64,000 nt of DNA from Octopus sinensis (taxonomy: Eukaryota), in NCBI RefSeq assembly GCF_006345805.1, contig NC_043001.1:133300001-133364000 (forward strand). The letters are read 5' to 3'. Both the position numbers and the translations under genes were made by a program. How positions within the stretch are numbered: the first letter of the stretch is position 1; each line of letters opens with the position of its first letter. The notes under the pieces were generated by a model. That model did no database searches. It was not told where the DNA came from and was given only the letters and a program-made list of their open reading frames with translations. This document shows, in pieces, positions 12,243-26,423 of the stretch.

Positions 12243-12567
12243 GGTCACTTTCAATAAAACCCTTGATTCAATAACACTGTTTATAAACTCTATACTTGGA
12301 ATGACCAATTTTAAATACTATTGGATTTTACTCATTAGGTACTGGAATCTTATATGTATACCATTCTGCCTTTAAAAAATGGATCTACAAATACAATATC
12401 CCTACATGTCTCACATCTATTTTCTTTCCTCCACCTCACTCTCTATTTTGTAACTAAATTAACTATTACTTAACCATCAAACAGCTGTAAGACCTTCTAT
12501 CTATAAATGTTCTAAAATCTACACAGTCTTGGTTTTTTATTTCATTACGAATAAAACTTTATATACA

Positions 12568-14721
12568 TCTATCTCTCTATATATAAAACTGAGAATGTGT
12601 GTCTGTCTGTATGTCTGTCTGTGTGTTTCCCTAACACTTGAGAACTACACAACCAATTTCATTCAAATTTTACACATGACTTACTTAAGGTCCGGGGAGT
12701 GTCATCGGCAAAAAAAATCTTAACTTTTTCCCTAGGGCGACCCCACAGCAGTATCATATCTTTTTTCCACTATTTCAGTATTACGTGTTAAAAGTGAAAC
12801 AAAACATCTCTCTTTTGTAATGCAAACACTTTCACTTTAATACTGAAACTATTGAAGTGAAAGTATTATATAACAGGGATGAACCATTAACAATGGTCAT
12901 CCATTTTGCTAGAAGATCCGCTATGGTCTTATATGCTACACCACTGGTTTTCAATTCATATTAATCAAATTAATATTTAATTTTTCACCCTTATTATGTG
13001 TGTGTGTGTGTGTGTGTGTGTGTATTAGCAATTCGTATAAAATTGCATCAATGACTTGAACTTGATTAAGTGGTTTCACATAAATGGGGATAAATCAAAA
13101 AGGTTTGTTGTTATTATTATAACTGTTTGACTATTGTAATCACGTTTGTTGGTTCCTCGTCAGGGAAACGTTGTTGTGTTGCATTTGTTAAATAATTGTA
13201 AACCGTAACCCTCCCCCTTTCGGAGAAGGGGCTTTGGTTATTGTTTAAAAATTGAATTTCGCTGCAGCCGTACACTTCTATACAAGAGGGAGGACAAGAT
13301 CCAATGGATCGAGATTGCAAGAGACGGGCCTACAATTCCAGTCTGTTATATATTTTGAGTATTGTTATCACTAGCGATATCAAGATATAACTTTGTATTT
13401 TGTATTTTATGTGTAGATGTCTATATATAGATGTACATGTAATATGTACACATATATATACACATATATACATGCATAATATATCTACCCATACACAGAT
13501 ACGCACACACATACACATACATAGGGACAGGTGTGGCTGTGGGGTAACAAACTACGTTCCAAACACATGGTCCTGGGTTCAGTCCCACTGTGTGGTGACT
13601 TGGCATGTGTCTTCTGCTGTAGCCTCAGAACAACAAAAGCCTTCTCAGTGGATTTTGTACATATATACTTGCATACGTACATATTCGGCATAAACACTCT
13701 ACCACTACAACTAACAACTGTTGGGAACACTTTCAAACCTGCCCGAGTTTTCCATCTGAAGTTAGTCTCTCTCATGGAGCTCATACAAAAAGGGTAAGTC
13801 TTTGGGCCCATTCAATCTGACATGTACACAATCGAGTGGCAAAAAAAGGGGCCTTCCACATGCTCATATCCTGCTTTGGCTCTCAGCGAAGGTCAATTCC
13901 AATGACATCGACAAGATAATCTCTGCAGAGCTTCCTGATCCAGCTTTAAACAAAGAACTATACGAAATAGTTAAAGCAAACATGGTACATGGTCCATGTG
14001 GGTATGGATTCAACATAAACTCACCATGCTTGAAGGACAGCATATGTTCAAAAAGATTTCCAAGGAGGTTCCTACAAGAAACTCAGACAGGTGCTGATGG
14101 GTATCCATCATACAGACGCAGAAAACCAGAAGACAGAGGTTTCACAGCAACTATCGGACAGCACGATATTGATAATAGATGGATTGTACCATACTGCCCA
14201 CTCCTATCAAAGACTTTCAATGCCCACATCAACGTTGAGTTTTGCAACTCCGTTAAATCCATCAAGTACGTTTGCAAATATGTAAACAAGGGTTCTGACG
14301 CTGCAATGTTTGGACTTCAACAAGAATACTGCTAGGATGAGGTGACGCATTATCAGGTGGGACGGTACATAAGTAGCAACGAGGCTTTCTGGCGCATCTT
14401 TGGCTTTCCAATTCACCAACGACACCCTGCCATTCAACAGCTTGCAGTGCACCTAGAAAATGGTCAAAGAGTGTACTTCACCGATGCTAATGCTTCTCTG
14501 CTGGCAGAGGAACCAAGGGATAGCACACTCACTGCATTCTTCAAGCTTTGTCAAGTGGATCCATTCGCTCAAACCTTGCTGTATCCACAGATTCCATCGT
14601 ACTACACTTGGAATGGAAAAAATGGGCCCCACGGAAAGCAGGTCAAAATGTTCATGGATACCCTGGCATTAAGTTTCACACTTGCCTTGGGCCAGTATAC
14701 ACAGTGCATCCCACTCAACAC

Positions 14722-14764
<43 letters not shown>

Positions 14765-14836
14765 CCATATATATATAACAGAAAAGTCTAATTCTTCAAT
14801 TAAATGTAACCGGGCAACGCCGAGTATCTCTACTAG
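12568..14836 (+). mobile_element. Helitron derivative 1 carrying the Rep catalytic region
   Basis: A|TC..TATATATAAAA 5' end; YTIEWQKKGLPHAHILLW and KYVCKYVNKG motifs at ~13790-14300; 3' hairpin plus CTAG at 14833-14836. Linkage of the two ends is inferred. Confidence 0.8.
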
Positions 14837-17115
14837 TAATATATATATAAAATTGAGTTTGTGTGTGTGTGTCGATGTGTCTCTGTGTGTGTAGACATTT
14901 ATGTTTTTTATAGAAATCCATATTCAATGTCTGATTGGCTTCAAATTTTATACACATATTCCATAAGGTCAGAGCTAGGTCATGCCGAAGAAATTACCCC
15001 CGTGATCTGCACGCATGATAGGGGGCGTAGACATAAAGTTACCTTATGCGCACATGTGTTACTGAACTTTTGTCATCACTTTAATTGCTCCATTTTACAC
15101 GTTAATGTGTTATTTTGGGGGAAGAGAGAAAAATGGCTCATGCACCAACACGTTTTGCACCTCTAGCTACCCTTTTGACACGTTTTTTGGCCCAATAAAT
15201 GAAGCACTTACCCTTTCTTTGCCAGGGTTCAATGTAATACTACCTTAATGCCGGCACTTACGGAGCAACATGAAAAAGTATAACTGCGCCTTTCAGATGA
15301 CATCATTTGGGCAAATATCGTTAGGGAAGGCAGCTTCATGCCTACATTTAAAATTCAGGGGCAGATTTATCACAGAATTGAACCCCTTCTACCTGCTGCC
15401 AACGAAACACCGCAGTTCCTCCAGGTGTACTTTGTCGGTGACTATGAAACACAAAAGGCACGTTGAAGAACTATCTCCCCCAGCACAAATTTTGAAGTAA
15501 TTCTTCAACTCCAGGAAATGTTGCACATGCATAACTCTTACGTAAAGAGCTTTAAGTATGCCTTGGAATTTCCATCAGTGTCGGACTTCACAGTGGTTTT
15601 TGACGCTGACAAACGGCCGGCAAACGGCCTTTCTGGTCGCTACAATGCGCCCAATTGCAACGAAATTGACGTTGTGCTCGGAGGTGAACAGCACAACCCC
15701 CGAAGCATTGTTCTTTTGTGTTGTGACCAAACTGTAAAGCGCATCGACGAGGCACACAGAGCATACGACACGCTCCAATATTCACTTCTTTTTGTGCGCG
15801 GAGAAGATGGCTACCACCTGGGTCTTCACCAGCGGGTGCTGCGCAGACAAAACGAAACGAGTACCAAACAAGTTTCGTGCATGCAGTTCTACTCATACCG
15901 CTTCATGCTCCGTCACGACTGCACTAACCACCTCCAGCGATCGTACGACCTGTTCCATCAATTTGCCGTGGATGTTTGTGCAAAAATGGAATCTGAGAGG
16001 TTATCCTATATCAGGTCTAACCAGCAGAAACTTCGGTCAAACAGCTACATCCTTGCTAACGTAAGGCACCGAAAAGACGTAGCCGTAGCTGTGGCCTCTT
16101 CTGGCATTGCAGCAACTTTACTGCCGGTGGCAGGACAACGCACTCAACCTTTAAGCTACCATTTGATTTGGCAAGGTCCGAAGTGCCTTCCTGTAACATC
16201 ACCAAAACGTCTGAAAAAGGCTTGCTTCTCCGGAGTTGCCAACTGATAGTTTGGGATGAATGCACAATGGCCCACAAGCGATCCCTCGAAGCTTTCAAAA
16301 CCACTCCTCAAGACATCAGAGACTGTCCCGCTACGCTGAGTGGTATAACCCTTCTCCTGTCTGGCGATTTCCGACAAACGCTTCCTGTAATACCCAAAGG
16401 AACCAGGGCAGATGTTGTCAGGGCCTGCCTAAAGTCCTCCCCACTGTGGAAAAATGTTACAACATTGTCCCTCAAAACAAACATGAGAGCGCAGCTTCGT
16501 GGTGACCAGATGGCATCAAATTTTGCATCTGACATATTGTCAATCGGAAACGGTGTGGATCCGCTCGATGAAAACGGAGAATTGTCACTAACTCACCTCT
16601 GCACCACTGTCAGTAATTCCGATGAACTAGAGGCACATGTCTTTCCAAATCTATAAAGGAACTACTTTGACATGAATTGGATTTCCGAAAGAGCCGTTTT
16701 GGATCCAAAAACAGCACAGTGGCCGCTCTGAACGCTAAGCTGCTGCATTCGCTTCTCGGAAGGCTGCACGTGTATGGGTCAATCGATTCTGTACCCGACG
16801 ACGACCAGGCAGTGAACTATCCAGTGAAGTTTCTTAATTCCCTTGATCCACCTGGCCTGCCTCCTCATACACTGGAAGTTATAGTCGGAGCTCCTATCAT
16901 GTTGCTGAGGAATTTAGACCCTACTAAGCTTTGCAATGGGACACGCTTGGTTATTAAGAAGGCTATGCAGTACGTTCTTGAAGACACCATTTTGTCCAGC
17001 TGTGGCAAATGAGAGGACGTTTTCATCCCCAGAATCCCCCTCATTCCATCTGGTGCAGATATTCCCTTTGCATTTCGCTATCTGCAGTTCCCACTTAGAC
17101 TATGTTTTGCAAAGA
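14837..17115 (+). mobile_element. Helitron derivative 2: RepHel N-terminal region fused to PIF1 helicase, Rep core deleted
   Basis: YDTLQYSLLF..GEDGY; VASSGIAATLL, IVWDECTM, GDFRQTLPV, LLRNL..LCNGTRL motifs. Confidence 0.9.
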
Positions 17116-17124
17116 GCAAGATAA

Positions 17125-18590
17125 GTTCTGCTCTTTGTAGATCTTAAAATGTCTCCTGAGGCCTCCATTGGATTTGCAAACCTTCTGGCATACACTGCAT
17201 TCAAAGGCGTGCACAGACATATAGGCAGAATAGTTGGTGGCAGTTTGTTTTCCATGCATTCACAGATGAGATTTGAGGCCAGCAAAAGAAAGGCATGGTC
17301 TGTCACAAACTGTGCATACAAAAAGGTCATTGTCATTCACCTTCTCGATGGTTACATTCTTCCTTAGATCTCTTTTGAGTCTTACGTGTGTTATCTTGGC
17401 CTCTTCAAATGCTTTCACTCCACTCCACACCTTTGTTTGCCATCCAACTCGATCCGAGGCAAGGGTTTCTATATCTTCTGGAATCATTCCCAGTGACTTC
17501 ATAGTAGTCCTTATACCGTCCTGAAATCTTTTTTTAGGTTTACGCCGATAGTGTTTCCCCTCTACAAACTCGCCATAAAACAGCTGTTTTGGCATGCATT
17601 CATCTGCCATTCGAACAATATGGCCACACTATCTCAATTGGTTCCTCAAAATCATAGCTTTAATTGAGGTGATGCCTGCAGATGCAAGGACATCTGTGTT
17701 TGAAGTAAAAGAACTCCATTTAATTTTTAAAATGCGATGAAAGCATTTTTGGTGGAATTGTTCTAACAATTTAAAATGCCTTTCACAGCAAGTCCAAATT
17801 TCACAGGAATACAGCAGAAATGGTAAAACAAATGGTTTGTAAAGTGCCAGCTTTGTATTCTTATTTATATGTCACTGGCACCAAACACGTGACTCCAGGC
17901 CACCAAATGCTTTTGCTACCCTTTGAATTCACAGCTGTATTTTTGTATCAAGATTTTCATCATTTTGAACAGAGCTACCAAGTTAGATGAATGAATTGAC
18001 AACTTGAAGTAACTTTCCCTAAACAAAAATTTTAGTGGGGTTACAAACAGCACCACATGCAGGTTGATGGTCAAGCCAAAATTAACACAGGCTGAGTCAA
18101 ATGCAAATACAAGAGATTGCAGACCTGTTTCAGAAGGACTGACAAGATCGCAATTGTCAGCGTACAAAAGTTCCCTAATGAGTGAAGTAAAAACCCTCGT
18201 CTTGAAATTTCCGTCTGGTCAGATTAAAAACATTCTCTGCTGTTTGATATTTTATGTAAATACCCTCCTCAGAGCTTTGAAAAGCATGTGATAATACACC
18301 AGCAAAATATATTGCAAAGAGGATGGGTGCATCAAGGTCTCCTTGTTTTACTCCATTTTCCACAGCAAAAAATTCAGACAGCCTACCACCAAAATTAACC
18401 CTGATCATGTTTACAAATTTTTCTGGGCAATCTATTTACCTTAGAATTAACCACAGAGCATTTTGATTAACGGTATCAAATGCTTTGCTCAAATCAACAA
18501 AGCAATGGTATAGAGCAAGATTCTGTTCAATGCACTTTTCTTGTAATTGTCTGACAGTAAGGATACAATCAGCTGTACCCCTGGAGGAAC
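17125..18590 (-). mobile_element. RTE-clade LINE 3' part (RT to C-terminal C2H2-like motif), decayed
   Basis: FVDLSKAFDTV, GVKQG, YADN, PKQLFYG, CTVCDRPCLSFAGLKSH. Confidence 0.9.
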
Positions 18591-18733
18591 AAAAACCACC
18601 ATCCCTGCCGGAGCCTCGTGGAGCTTTTAGGCGTTTTCGCTCAATAAACACTCACAACGCCTGGTCTGGGAATCGAAACCGTGATCCTACGACCGTGAGT
18701 CCGCTGCCCTAACCACTGGGCCATTGCGCCTCT
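18590..18733 (-). mobile_element. SINE B, 5' half
   Basis: Head identical in pattern to the 11467 copy. Confidence 0.85.
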
Positions 18734-19019
18734 ACACTATAAATAACTAAATGCATTGATTAGGTAAGCTTTATTCATGTTGGCTTCAGCATCCCCAATA
18801 ACAGACATCAATGAGTCCTTGGTACTGCGAGTGTGTCTGTTGATTCCTTCTCGATGACGCTCCAGTTATAGTAACGTCATCCTGAGTTAACCAATCTTAC
18901 CACTGTCAGTATGCCCACCCTATTGATGAAGTTAATAGGATAATAACAGCCAGATGAGAATACAACACAGAAATGGTTTGTTCAAGTGTAACGATGGTTG
19001 CTTGCAGTGTCGCTAAAAT

Positions 19020-19245
19020 GGTATTGATTGGGTATAATACTGAGCTACATAACAGATACCTCTCCAACCGTGCTTGTTTTAGACAGCTGATACTAGCAGT
19101 TTCTCATATATTATCACATTGATCACAAAACTAGGACATAATGTCTGTGGTGACGATTAAACTGAATATGTGTCTTGTAATGAAAGAGTAAAGAACTTCT
19201 GGTTGTCGATGCCAGGGAGAGTAAACAAACATTAATCACTCATTG
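19020..19245 (+). promoter_or_regulatory. Possible promoter and non-coding first exon of the host gene
   Basis: Coding exon 1 has an acceptor 3 nt before its ATG, so an upstream exon is needed; strong donor attg|gtaagt at 19246; ATTGG and TATAAT motifs near 19027-19038. Speculative. Confidence 0.25.
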
Positions 19246-19597
19246 GTAAGTGAAATTAATGACTGTCCATTAATTGGAAAGTGATCAGAAACTATTTCAC
19301 TAGTTCAGTAAAACAGAATGCAACCAGATACAAAGTGTGTGGAAAATTTTATATTTTATTTTAGTCCAACATTTATATGTAATCTTACACTATACTTGTC
19401 ACTCACCAACATAATACACACATACATGCGTGCATGCACGCACGCACACACACACACACACACACCACACACACACACAAACACACACAAGAAGAAGAAA
19501 TCAAGAGAAAAGAAACAAATATCATTCTGATATTTAAACAAACATATTTTCATTTCTCAGTTTTGAAAATTTTTTCTTTTTCTTTTTTTCCCAGGTC

Positions 19598-19634
19598 ATG
19601 GATATAAAATTTTTCTGTTTGTTGGTGATACTAT
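19598..19634 (+). CDS. Host gene coding exon 1: start of signal peptide (MDIKFFCLLVIL) of a predicted GPI-anchored two-Ig-domain protein
   Basis: Polypyrimidine acceptor ttttctttttctttttttcccag|GTCATG; ATG at 19598; donor T|gtaagt at 19635; phase 1; hydrophobic peptide. Confidence 0.8.
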
Positions 19635-19904
19635 GTAAGTTACTATTCCGGTTAAATCATTGTCCATCTGTCCATCCATCCTTAACTCTAACTTTAATCC
19701 TAATCCTAACCCTATAAAATCCATTTATCCATCTTGTTGTTATTAACATCCACTTTTCAATGCTTATATATTTGAGGACAAACTTTTTTGGGGCGTCATT
19801 GCTGCATTTTTTTGCTAACTCTGTATAATCTTTGTTCCAGAAAATAATAATGCATGTGAATATATATACATATATGCATGTATATATATATATTATATAT
19901 ATAC

Positions 19905-19952
<48 letters not shown>

Positions 19953-20000
19953 GACGATGATGATGATGATGATGATGATGATATATATATATATATATAT

Positions 20001-20231
20001 AAGGCGAGCTGGCAGAAACATTAGCATACCGGGCAAAATGCGTAGCCGTATTTTGTCTGCCGTTACATTCTGAGTTCAAATTCCGTCGAGGTCGACTTTG
20101 CCTTTCATCCTTTCGGGGTCGATAAATTAAGTACCAGTTATGCACTGGGGGCGATGTAATCGACTTAATCCGTTTGTCTGTCCTTGTTTGTCCCTTCTGT
20201 GTTTAGCCCCTTGTGGGTAGTAAAGAAATAT
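20001..20231 (+). mobile_element. SINE family C
   Basis: ggcgagctggcagaa head, gagttcaaattcc B-box, gactttgcctttcatcctttcggggtcgat core, agccccttgtgggtagtaaagaaata tail. Confidence 0.9.
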
Positions 20232-20280
<49 letters not shown>

Positions 20281-20639
20281 ATGTATGTATATATTATTTA
20301 TATTATTATTTGATTGAACTCCACACATCCATTTCGAAGTAAGTTTATATGTATATATATATACACACAAATATACCAGGTTTAGTTAGAAGTTTATTCA
20401 GATTTTCACTTCCAATCAACACCTCCATAAGCTTGGCCTTGTGAACAGAAACTATCATGAAGCTCCTCAGGAACTGACCAATGACCAAGCTCAACAACAT
20501 ATGAACATTTACAAGCAACTGCTAACAAATCCACGAGATATGCCTAAACTGACCTCACCAGTGCTGGTACCACATAAAAAGCACTCAGTCCATTCTGTAA
20601 GTTGGCATTAGGAAGAGCATTCAGTCACAGAATCCATCA

Positions 20640-21195
20640 TCATCATCATTGTTTGACCGTGGTCGAGACAATGGAATTTACCATGCTACGCCAGACTTCA
20701 CGGTCCATCATGGCATTACGGAGGTCCTGTTGCTGGATGCCTGTATCCCTGGAGATTACATCAGGGTAGGAGAGTGTGCACCCGCTGGTATTGCGAGTAG
20801 ATGGCTTCCAGAGGAGAAGAGTAGAAATTACTTCTTTTTCAGCTCTATAACAATGTCCAGCAAACTGGACTCTCCTACCTTTCACAAGAGATGACACAGG
20901 TGGTAGTTTCCCATATATTTGCATTTTGGTTGGATGACGCTTCCACGAGAGATTTTGAGCTCTCATAAGGAGGCGAGTGTAGGTTCCATCCAACCGCCTC
21001 TCAAGCTTCTTTGATAGCATCCAGGTTTCTGAGTCATATAGTAGAATTGGTTCGACTGTGGCTTTGAAGATTTCAAGTTTGAAGTCTCTACTTAGATTTG
21101 ATGACCAGATCTTATGCATGTCATTACAGAATCCATACCAAAACAGGCAGTGAATTCTGGTGCAGTTTTCTCGCTTGCCAGCTCCTATCAAACCA
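20640..21195 (-). mobile_element. RTE-like LINE 3' fragment with (TGA)n tail
   Basis: ORF 20646-21191: PILLYDSETW..AGHCYR..DREVWR. Confidence 0.85.
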
Positions 21196-21289
21196 TCCAG
21201 CCCAAGCCATCATGGAAAACAGTTGTGTGATGATGATGATGTGCATATGTGTGTGTGTGTATATTAGTTATGTTTAATAAAAAATAACT

Positions 21290-22544
21290 TATTTACTTAG
21301 GTTTTAAAATTATCTCCTTCAAAATAGTCTCCTTGCACAGAAATACACCAGTCCCAGCATTCCTGGCACTTTTGGAATCCAGCGTGGGAGTCATTTTCCG
21401 TAATGGGAGTCATTCACCCATGATCTTGACAACAGTGTTAAAATGGTGACCTTTGAGGTGCAGTTTCATCTTAGGGAAGAGATAGAAATCTGCAGGTGCT
21501 AAATCTGGCCAATAGAGCAGGTGCAGAAGTGATACCATGTTGTTTTTGGTGAGAAATTTACATGTGAGGAGGACTAGGTACATTGTTATAATAATGTAAT
21601 AATAATAATAATGAAATTATTGTATACAGTGCTCAGGTGCACCACAACTTGTCAGAAAGTGCATATAAAGTACATGCAGTAATGTAAAAATGTCTGGAAA
21701 GTGAACAATGTATGAGTCAGATACATGCTTGTGTGTGTATGGAGGGGAGAAAAATCAGGTGTAGTGTTGGCGAATCTCAGGAAGCATGGAAGTTTTGAAG
21801 GATGCAGTGCTCCGACAACTAACAACTGATGCCGGCAGTTTGTGCCATGCTTCAGCAACTCTCAGCGTGAAAAAATGTTTCCTGAAGTCATGGGAGCTGT
21901 GCTGTTTTCTGACTTTGTAAATATGTCCACGGGTGTTAGATGGGTGGAGTTTGAAAAGGTGCTCAGAGTTATTGTTTGTATGATGGTTGATAATTTTATG
22001 GGTGTCTGCCAAGTCATGTTGTCATGAAGAATCCAATTCCTCATGGATATTAGGATTGCCTGCATGGACCCATATGACAGAAGCATCAACATCAGCAATG
22101 TCATTGATTGTACTCTGAAGATTCTCATGCAGAAGCTGACAAATTTTCTCTACATTTCCAGGAGTTAAGCTTGTGGCAGGTCTTCTAGATCACTCATCGT
22201 CTTCCAGTAATGTTCTTCCGCTTTTGAAGTGCCCATGCCACTTGAAACATTAGGTACAATCTATTGCATTATTGCTGTACGCTTGCCAAAGCATGCTCAA
22301 TGTCCCTGTAGCAGACTTCCTAGATTTATTGCAAAATTTCATGTTGGCTCCTTATTCCAACTTCCTGTTCGTGACAAAAATCACAGAATACAACATACAT
22401 GTGATCACAAAAACACAAATTTCATAACTTGTGACATAAATACAATGATGTCACTCAGCACACTGCCTCAGGATGGTCACTGCTAGCTCTCATCCGTTGG
22501 TATGTTACAGAAGTAGTCTGAAAACTTTTTGATACTACCTCATA
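21290..22544 (-). mobile_element. Mariner transposon fossil interrupted by a CR1 fragment
   Basis: FKSGRTLLEDDE-SRRP (~22240-22150), YWPDLAPADFYLFPKMK (~21510-21460), TIR-like tgaggtagtatcaaaaagtttt next to TA at 22543. Confidence 0.75.
21590..22020 (-). mobile_element. CR1-like LINE 3' end with (ATT)n tail
   Basis: TRGH.YK..HDFRKHFFTLRVAEAWHKLP; same family at 24372 and 40515. Confidence 0.85.
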
Positions 22545-22589
22545 TAAGCCAAGGGAAACCACAGTTGTGCCCATTACTAGTGTCATGTA

Positions 22590-22790
22590 AATGGCACCTG
22601 TGCCTGTGGAATGTAAAAAGCACCCATCACACTCTCAGAGTGGTTGGCATTAGGAAGGGCATCCAGCCATAGAAACCATGCCAAATCAGACTGGAACCTG
22701 GTGCAGCTTTCTACCAGTTCCAGTCAATTCATCTAACCCATGTCAGTATGGAAAGCTGACGTTAAGTGGTGGTGATGATGATGATGATGA
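22590..22790 (+). mobile_element. Family D (RTE 3'UTR-derived repeat)
   Basis: ttggcattaggaagggcatccagc...(TGA)n. Confidence 0.8.
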
Positions 22791-24371
22791 TGTATATATA
22801 AATACACACACAAACACACACACACACACACACACACACCCACACACATATATATTGTGGTCTTCCTTTAGTGTTCATCTACCAAACCAAATCCACTAAC
22901 AACTCTTTGGTTGATCTGGTACCATAGTAAAAGGTGCCATGGAGAAGGACTGAACCCAAGCCATGTGCTTGAGAAGTAATCTTTTCGACAATACTGCCAT
23001 GCCTGGTTCAAAATATCACTTTTATTATGTTATTATCTATATAATTCAGTTAGTTTTCTTTTTATTATTTAAAAATTTCATTTACATGTTCTTATTGATA
23101 AAACTGATTGATCACAATATAGTTAAGCTAAAAGTGTGCATCAAGGTACACAACTCTCTTCCTACTTCTTTTCTGGTTATCAGCCAACCTCATGCTTTAC
23201 AGTATCTTCCTTTGACCCTTTATGTTTGACAAAATTCAGGAAATTTTATTGAATGTACTCCTCTGATCAAGATAAACTGAGTATTGGACATATTCCTGAG
23301 AGGCAGTCCCACCACTGGTTCCACTGAAGGTCTTCTAATCTTATGACAAATCTGACAAGAGCCATAGATCTCTTTAATTAGTCCTAGAAAGTCATCATCT
23401 TTGAATGTAATTTAGGGCACCAGTTTTTCCTTTGAAGTATGAGCAAGCTTACAAAGGAATTTTTCAGTTTTCTTCCTTTGCTTTACAACACTGATTTAGA
23501 TTTTTTTTTACATGTAATACAGTTTGTCAGGTGCAGGAATACAACTACAACCTGATGATGTGGTTTTCAGTTTTACACAACAAACCAAATTCAAACTATG
23601 ATCATCTTTTAACATCCAACACCATTCAACCAGTTTTCATAGATCTATGGCTTAAAAGATAAGCAAAATAGCTTCCGCAATGTCAGCTTCAATATAAGCT
23701 CAAACTCTTCCTATAGTAACTGGAAAATTGACCACCTTATTAAACTTCACCATCTCTCATGATTGTCACCATCGTCATTTGTCTGGTTTCCATGCTGATA
23801 TGAGTTGGATGGTTTAACAGGATTCAGTGAGCTGCAAGGTCACTTGAGCTCCAGTGATTTCTATGGATGAATTCCCTTCCTAATGCCCACTACTTTACAG
23901 ACTGTACTGAGTGATTTCTTTTTCATACCTCTGACACTTGTGAGGTTGCCATGTAACTTGCAAGAATGAATAAGAACAGAGAAAAAGGGAAAGGAACAAG
24001 TTCCTATTATTAAGAGGAGAGGATTTAAAAGAAGAAGGTGGAGGTGGACGGCTTTATGCCCGGTGAGGAAATGCTAAAGTATGAGAGGGACAAGTACAGA
24101 AGTACAGAAGAAGATAAAAAGGAAAGTAGTGAGGGTGTGTTAGAGCAAACTTTCGAGGTAAAGAGGGTGGGCATACTGACAGTGGACCATGGGAGAGAAT
24201 GAGAGAGTGAATGCCTTTATAAGAGTGTGAGTGGGAAGTAACAGATTGGAACAGATGGGGGTAAAGGTGAATACAGTGAGTGATAAACAAGAGTGGCTGT
24301 GCAATTGAAGGGAACTACAATGTGCAAGGTGTAGGAGCAGTGGAAACAGAGGTATAGAGATACATGATGGT

Positions 24372-24757
24372 AACTCTGAGCACATTTTCAAACTCCACCC
24401 ATCTAACACCCGTGGACATATTTACAAAGTCAGAAAACAGCACAGCTCCCATGACTTCAGGAAACATTTTTTCACGCTGAGAGTTGCTGAAGCATGGCAC
24501 AAACTGCCGGCATCAGTTGTTAGTTGTCGGAGCACTGCATCCTTCAAAACTTCCATGCTTTCTGAGATTCGCCAACATAACACCTGATTTTCTCCCCTCC
24601 ATACACACACAAGCATGTATCTGACTCATAGATTATTCGCTTTCCAGACATTTTTACATTACTGCATGTACTTTATATGCACTTTCTGACAAGTTGTGGT
24701 GCACCTGAGCACTATATACAATAATTTCATTATTATTATTATTATTATTATTATTTA
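24372..24757 (+). mobile_element. CR1-like LINE 3' end with (ATT)n tail
   Basis: Near-identical to the 21590-22020 copy. Confidence 0.85.
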
Positions 24758-25029
24758 TAGTAAGTGGTGCATGATGATAGATATGAGACAGCATTGGGAA
24801 AGAAAGCAGACAACAGAGATGTTTAGAGTGGAGTATAGCAGAGGGAAAAGAACAGAGGCTGAAAGTACAGTGAGGAGGTGATTGGGAGAAATGGTTTGGG
24901 CAGGGACAAAAAGGGTGGAGGAGGAGGTGTTCATTAAGGAGTTGGGTTGTAATATATACTGATTCTGTTCTCAGGTGATTGCAGTAGTCAATAGTACCAT
25001 AGAGCAACAAGAGTTTTTGCTGATCGGGA

Positions 25030-25715
25030 CATCCGAACCGAAACCAAACTCATGGTGTACAGGGCAGTCATTATTCCAACCCTCCTTTACGCATCTGAAA
25101 CCTGGACCCCGTATAGTCACCACCTGAAAACGCTCGAGAAATTTCACCAACGCTGTCTTCAGAAGATCCTCAACATCAGCTGGGAAGACAGAAGAACTAA
25201 CGTCAGTGTGCTACAAGAAGCAAAAATGACCAGCATCGAAGCCTATGTCATCAAAGGCCAACTAAGATGGAGCGGACACGTGGTTAGAATGACTGACGAA
25301 CGACTTCCCAAACAGATCTTCTACTCCCAACTTAAAGACGGCAAGCGTACAAAAGGAGGCCAGAAGAAACTCTACAAGGACTCCCTGAAATCGAACCTCA
25401 AAAAGTGTGACATTGACTTCACCAACTGGGAGGAAATGGCAAAAAACAGACCACTCTGGAAAACCACCATCCATGAGGGAACGGCGAATTTCGAGTCGAA
25501 AAGGTCTGTAGAGCTGGAGGAGAAAAGACGATGACGGAAGGAGCGCCAACAACAACCACGTGCGACTCTCCCTTCCGGCACTAGATGTCCGCACTGTGAC
25601 CGATCTTTTTGAGCAAGAATTGGTCTTATCAGTCACCTGCGGACTCACCAATAAATTTGCGCGAAGACCATCATCCTCGACCTTGAGGGATTGCCATAGT
25701 AGTAGTAGGTACCAT
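25030..25715 (+). mobile_element. RTE-clade (BovB-like) LINE 3' fragment with (TAG)n tail
   Basis: ORF 25052-25534 PTLLYASETW..LRWSGHVVRM..RLPKQIFY; CPHC..GLISHLRTH. Confidence 0.9.
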
Positions 25716-26032
25716 AGTAGTGGGGTAATAGATGTGAGGGGAAATGCTTGACACACCAGAAAGAGAGAGATGAAGAGAAAGTAGGGTCCCAATGTATGAC
25801 AGAGTTGAGTTTAACTAAGTTGTGATCTTTATTTGCAAAACAGAAACTTCTGTTAGGTCCCCTAATCTTCACAAAATCTTTATCTATCAAGAAACACTTA
25901 GTCTATCAAGAAATATTTCTAACCAATAGTATGAGTACAGATAGTCTAACACTGCCATACCTAGCATCTCTTTTAAAACCACAGACGTCTGTGTATCAGA
26001 AACATTGATCAGAATATCTTCATAAAAAATAT

Positions 26033-26423
26033 GCTGTGTGGTAAGTAGCTTGCTAACCAACCACATGGTTCCGGGTTCAGTCCCACTGCGTGGCATCTTG
26101 GGCAAGTGTCTTCTGCTATAGCCCCAGGCCGACCAATGCCTTGTGAGTGGATTTGGTAGACAGAAACTGAAAGAAGCCTGTCGTATATATGTATATATAT
26201 ATATATGTATATGTGTGTTTGTGTGTCTGTGTTTGTCCCCCTAGCATTGCTTGACAACCGATGCTGGTGTGTTTACGTCCCCGTCACTTAGCAGTTCGGC
26301 AAAAAAGAGACCGATAGAATAAGTACTGGGCTTACAAAGAATAAGTCCTGACTAAAGGCGGTGCTCCAGCATGGCCGCAGTCAAATGACTGAATCAAGTA
26401 AAAGAGTAAAAGAGTAAAAGAGT
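26033..26423 (+). mobile_element. SINE A
   Basis: Head, internal microsatellite, GTAAAAGA tail. Confidence 0.9.
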
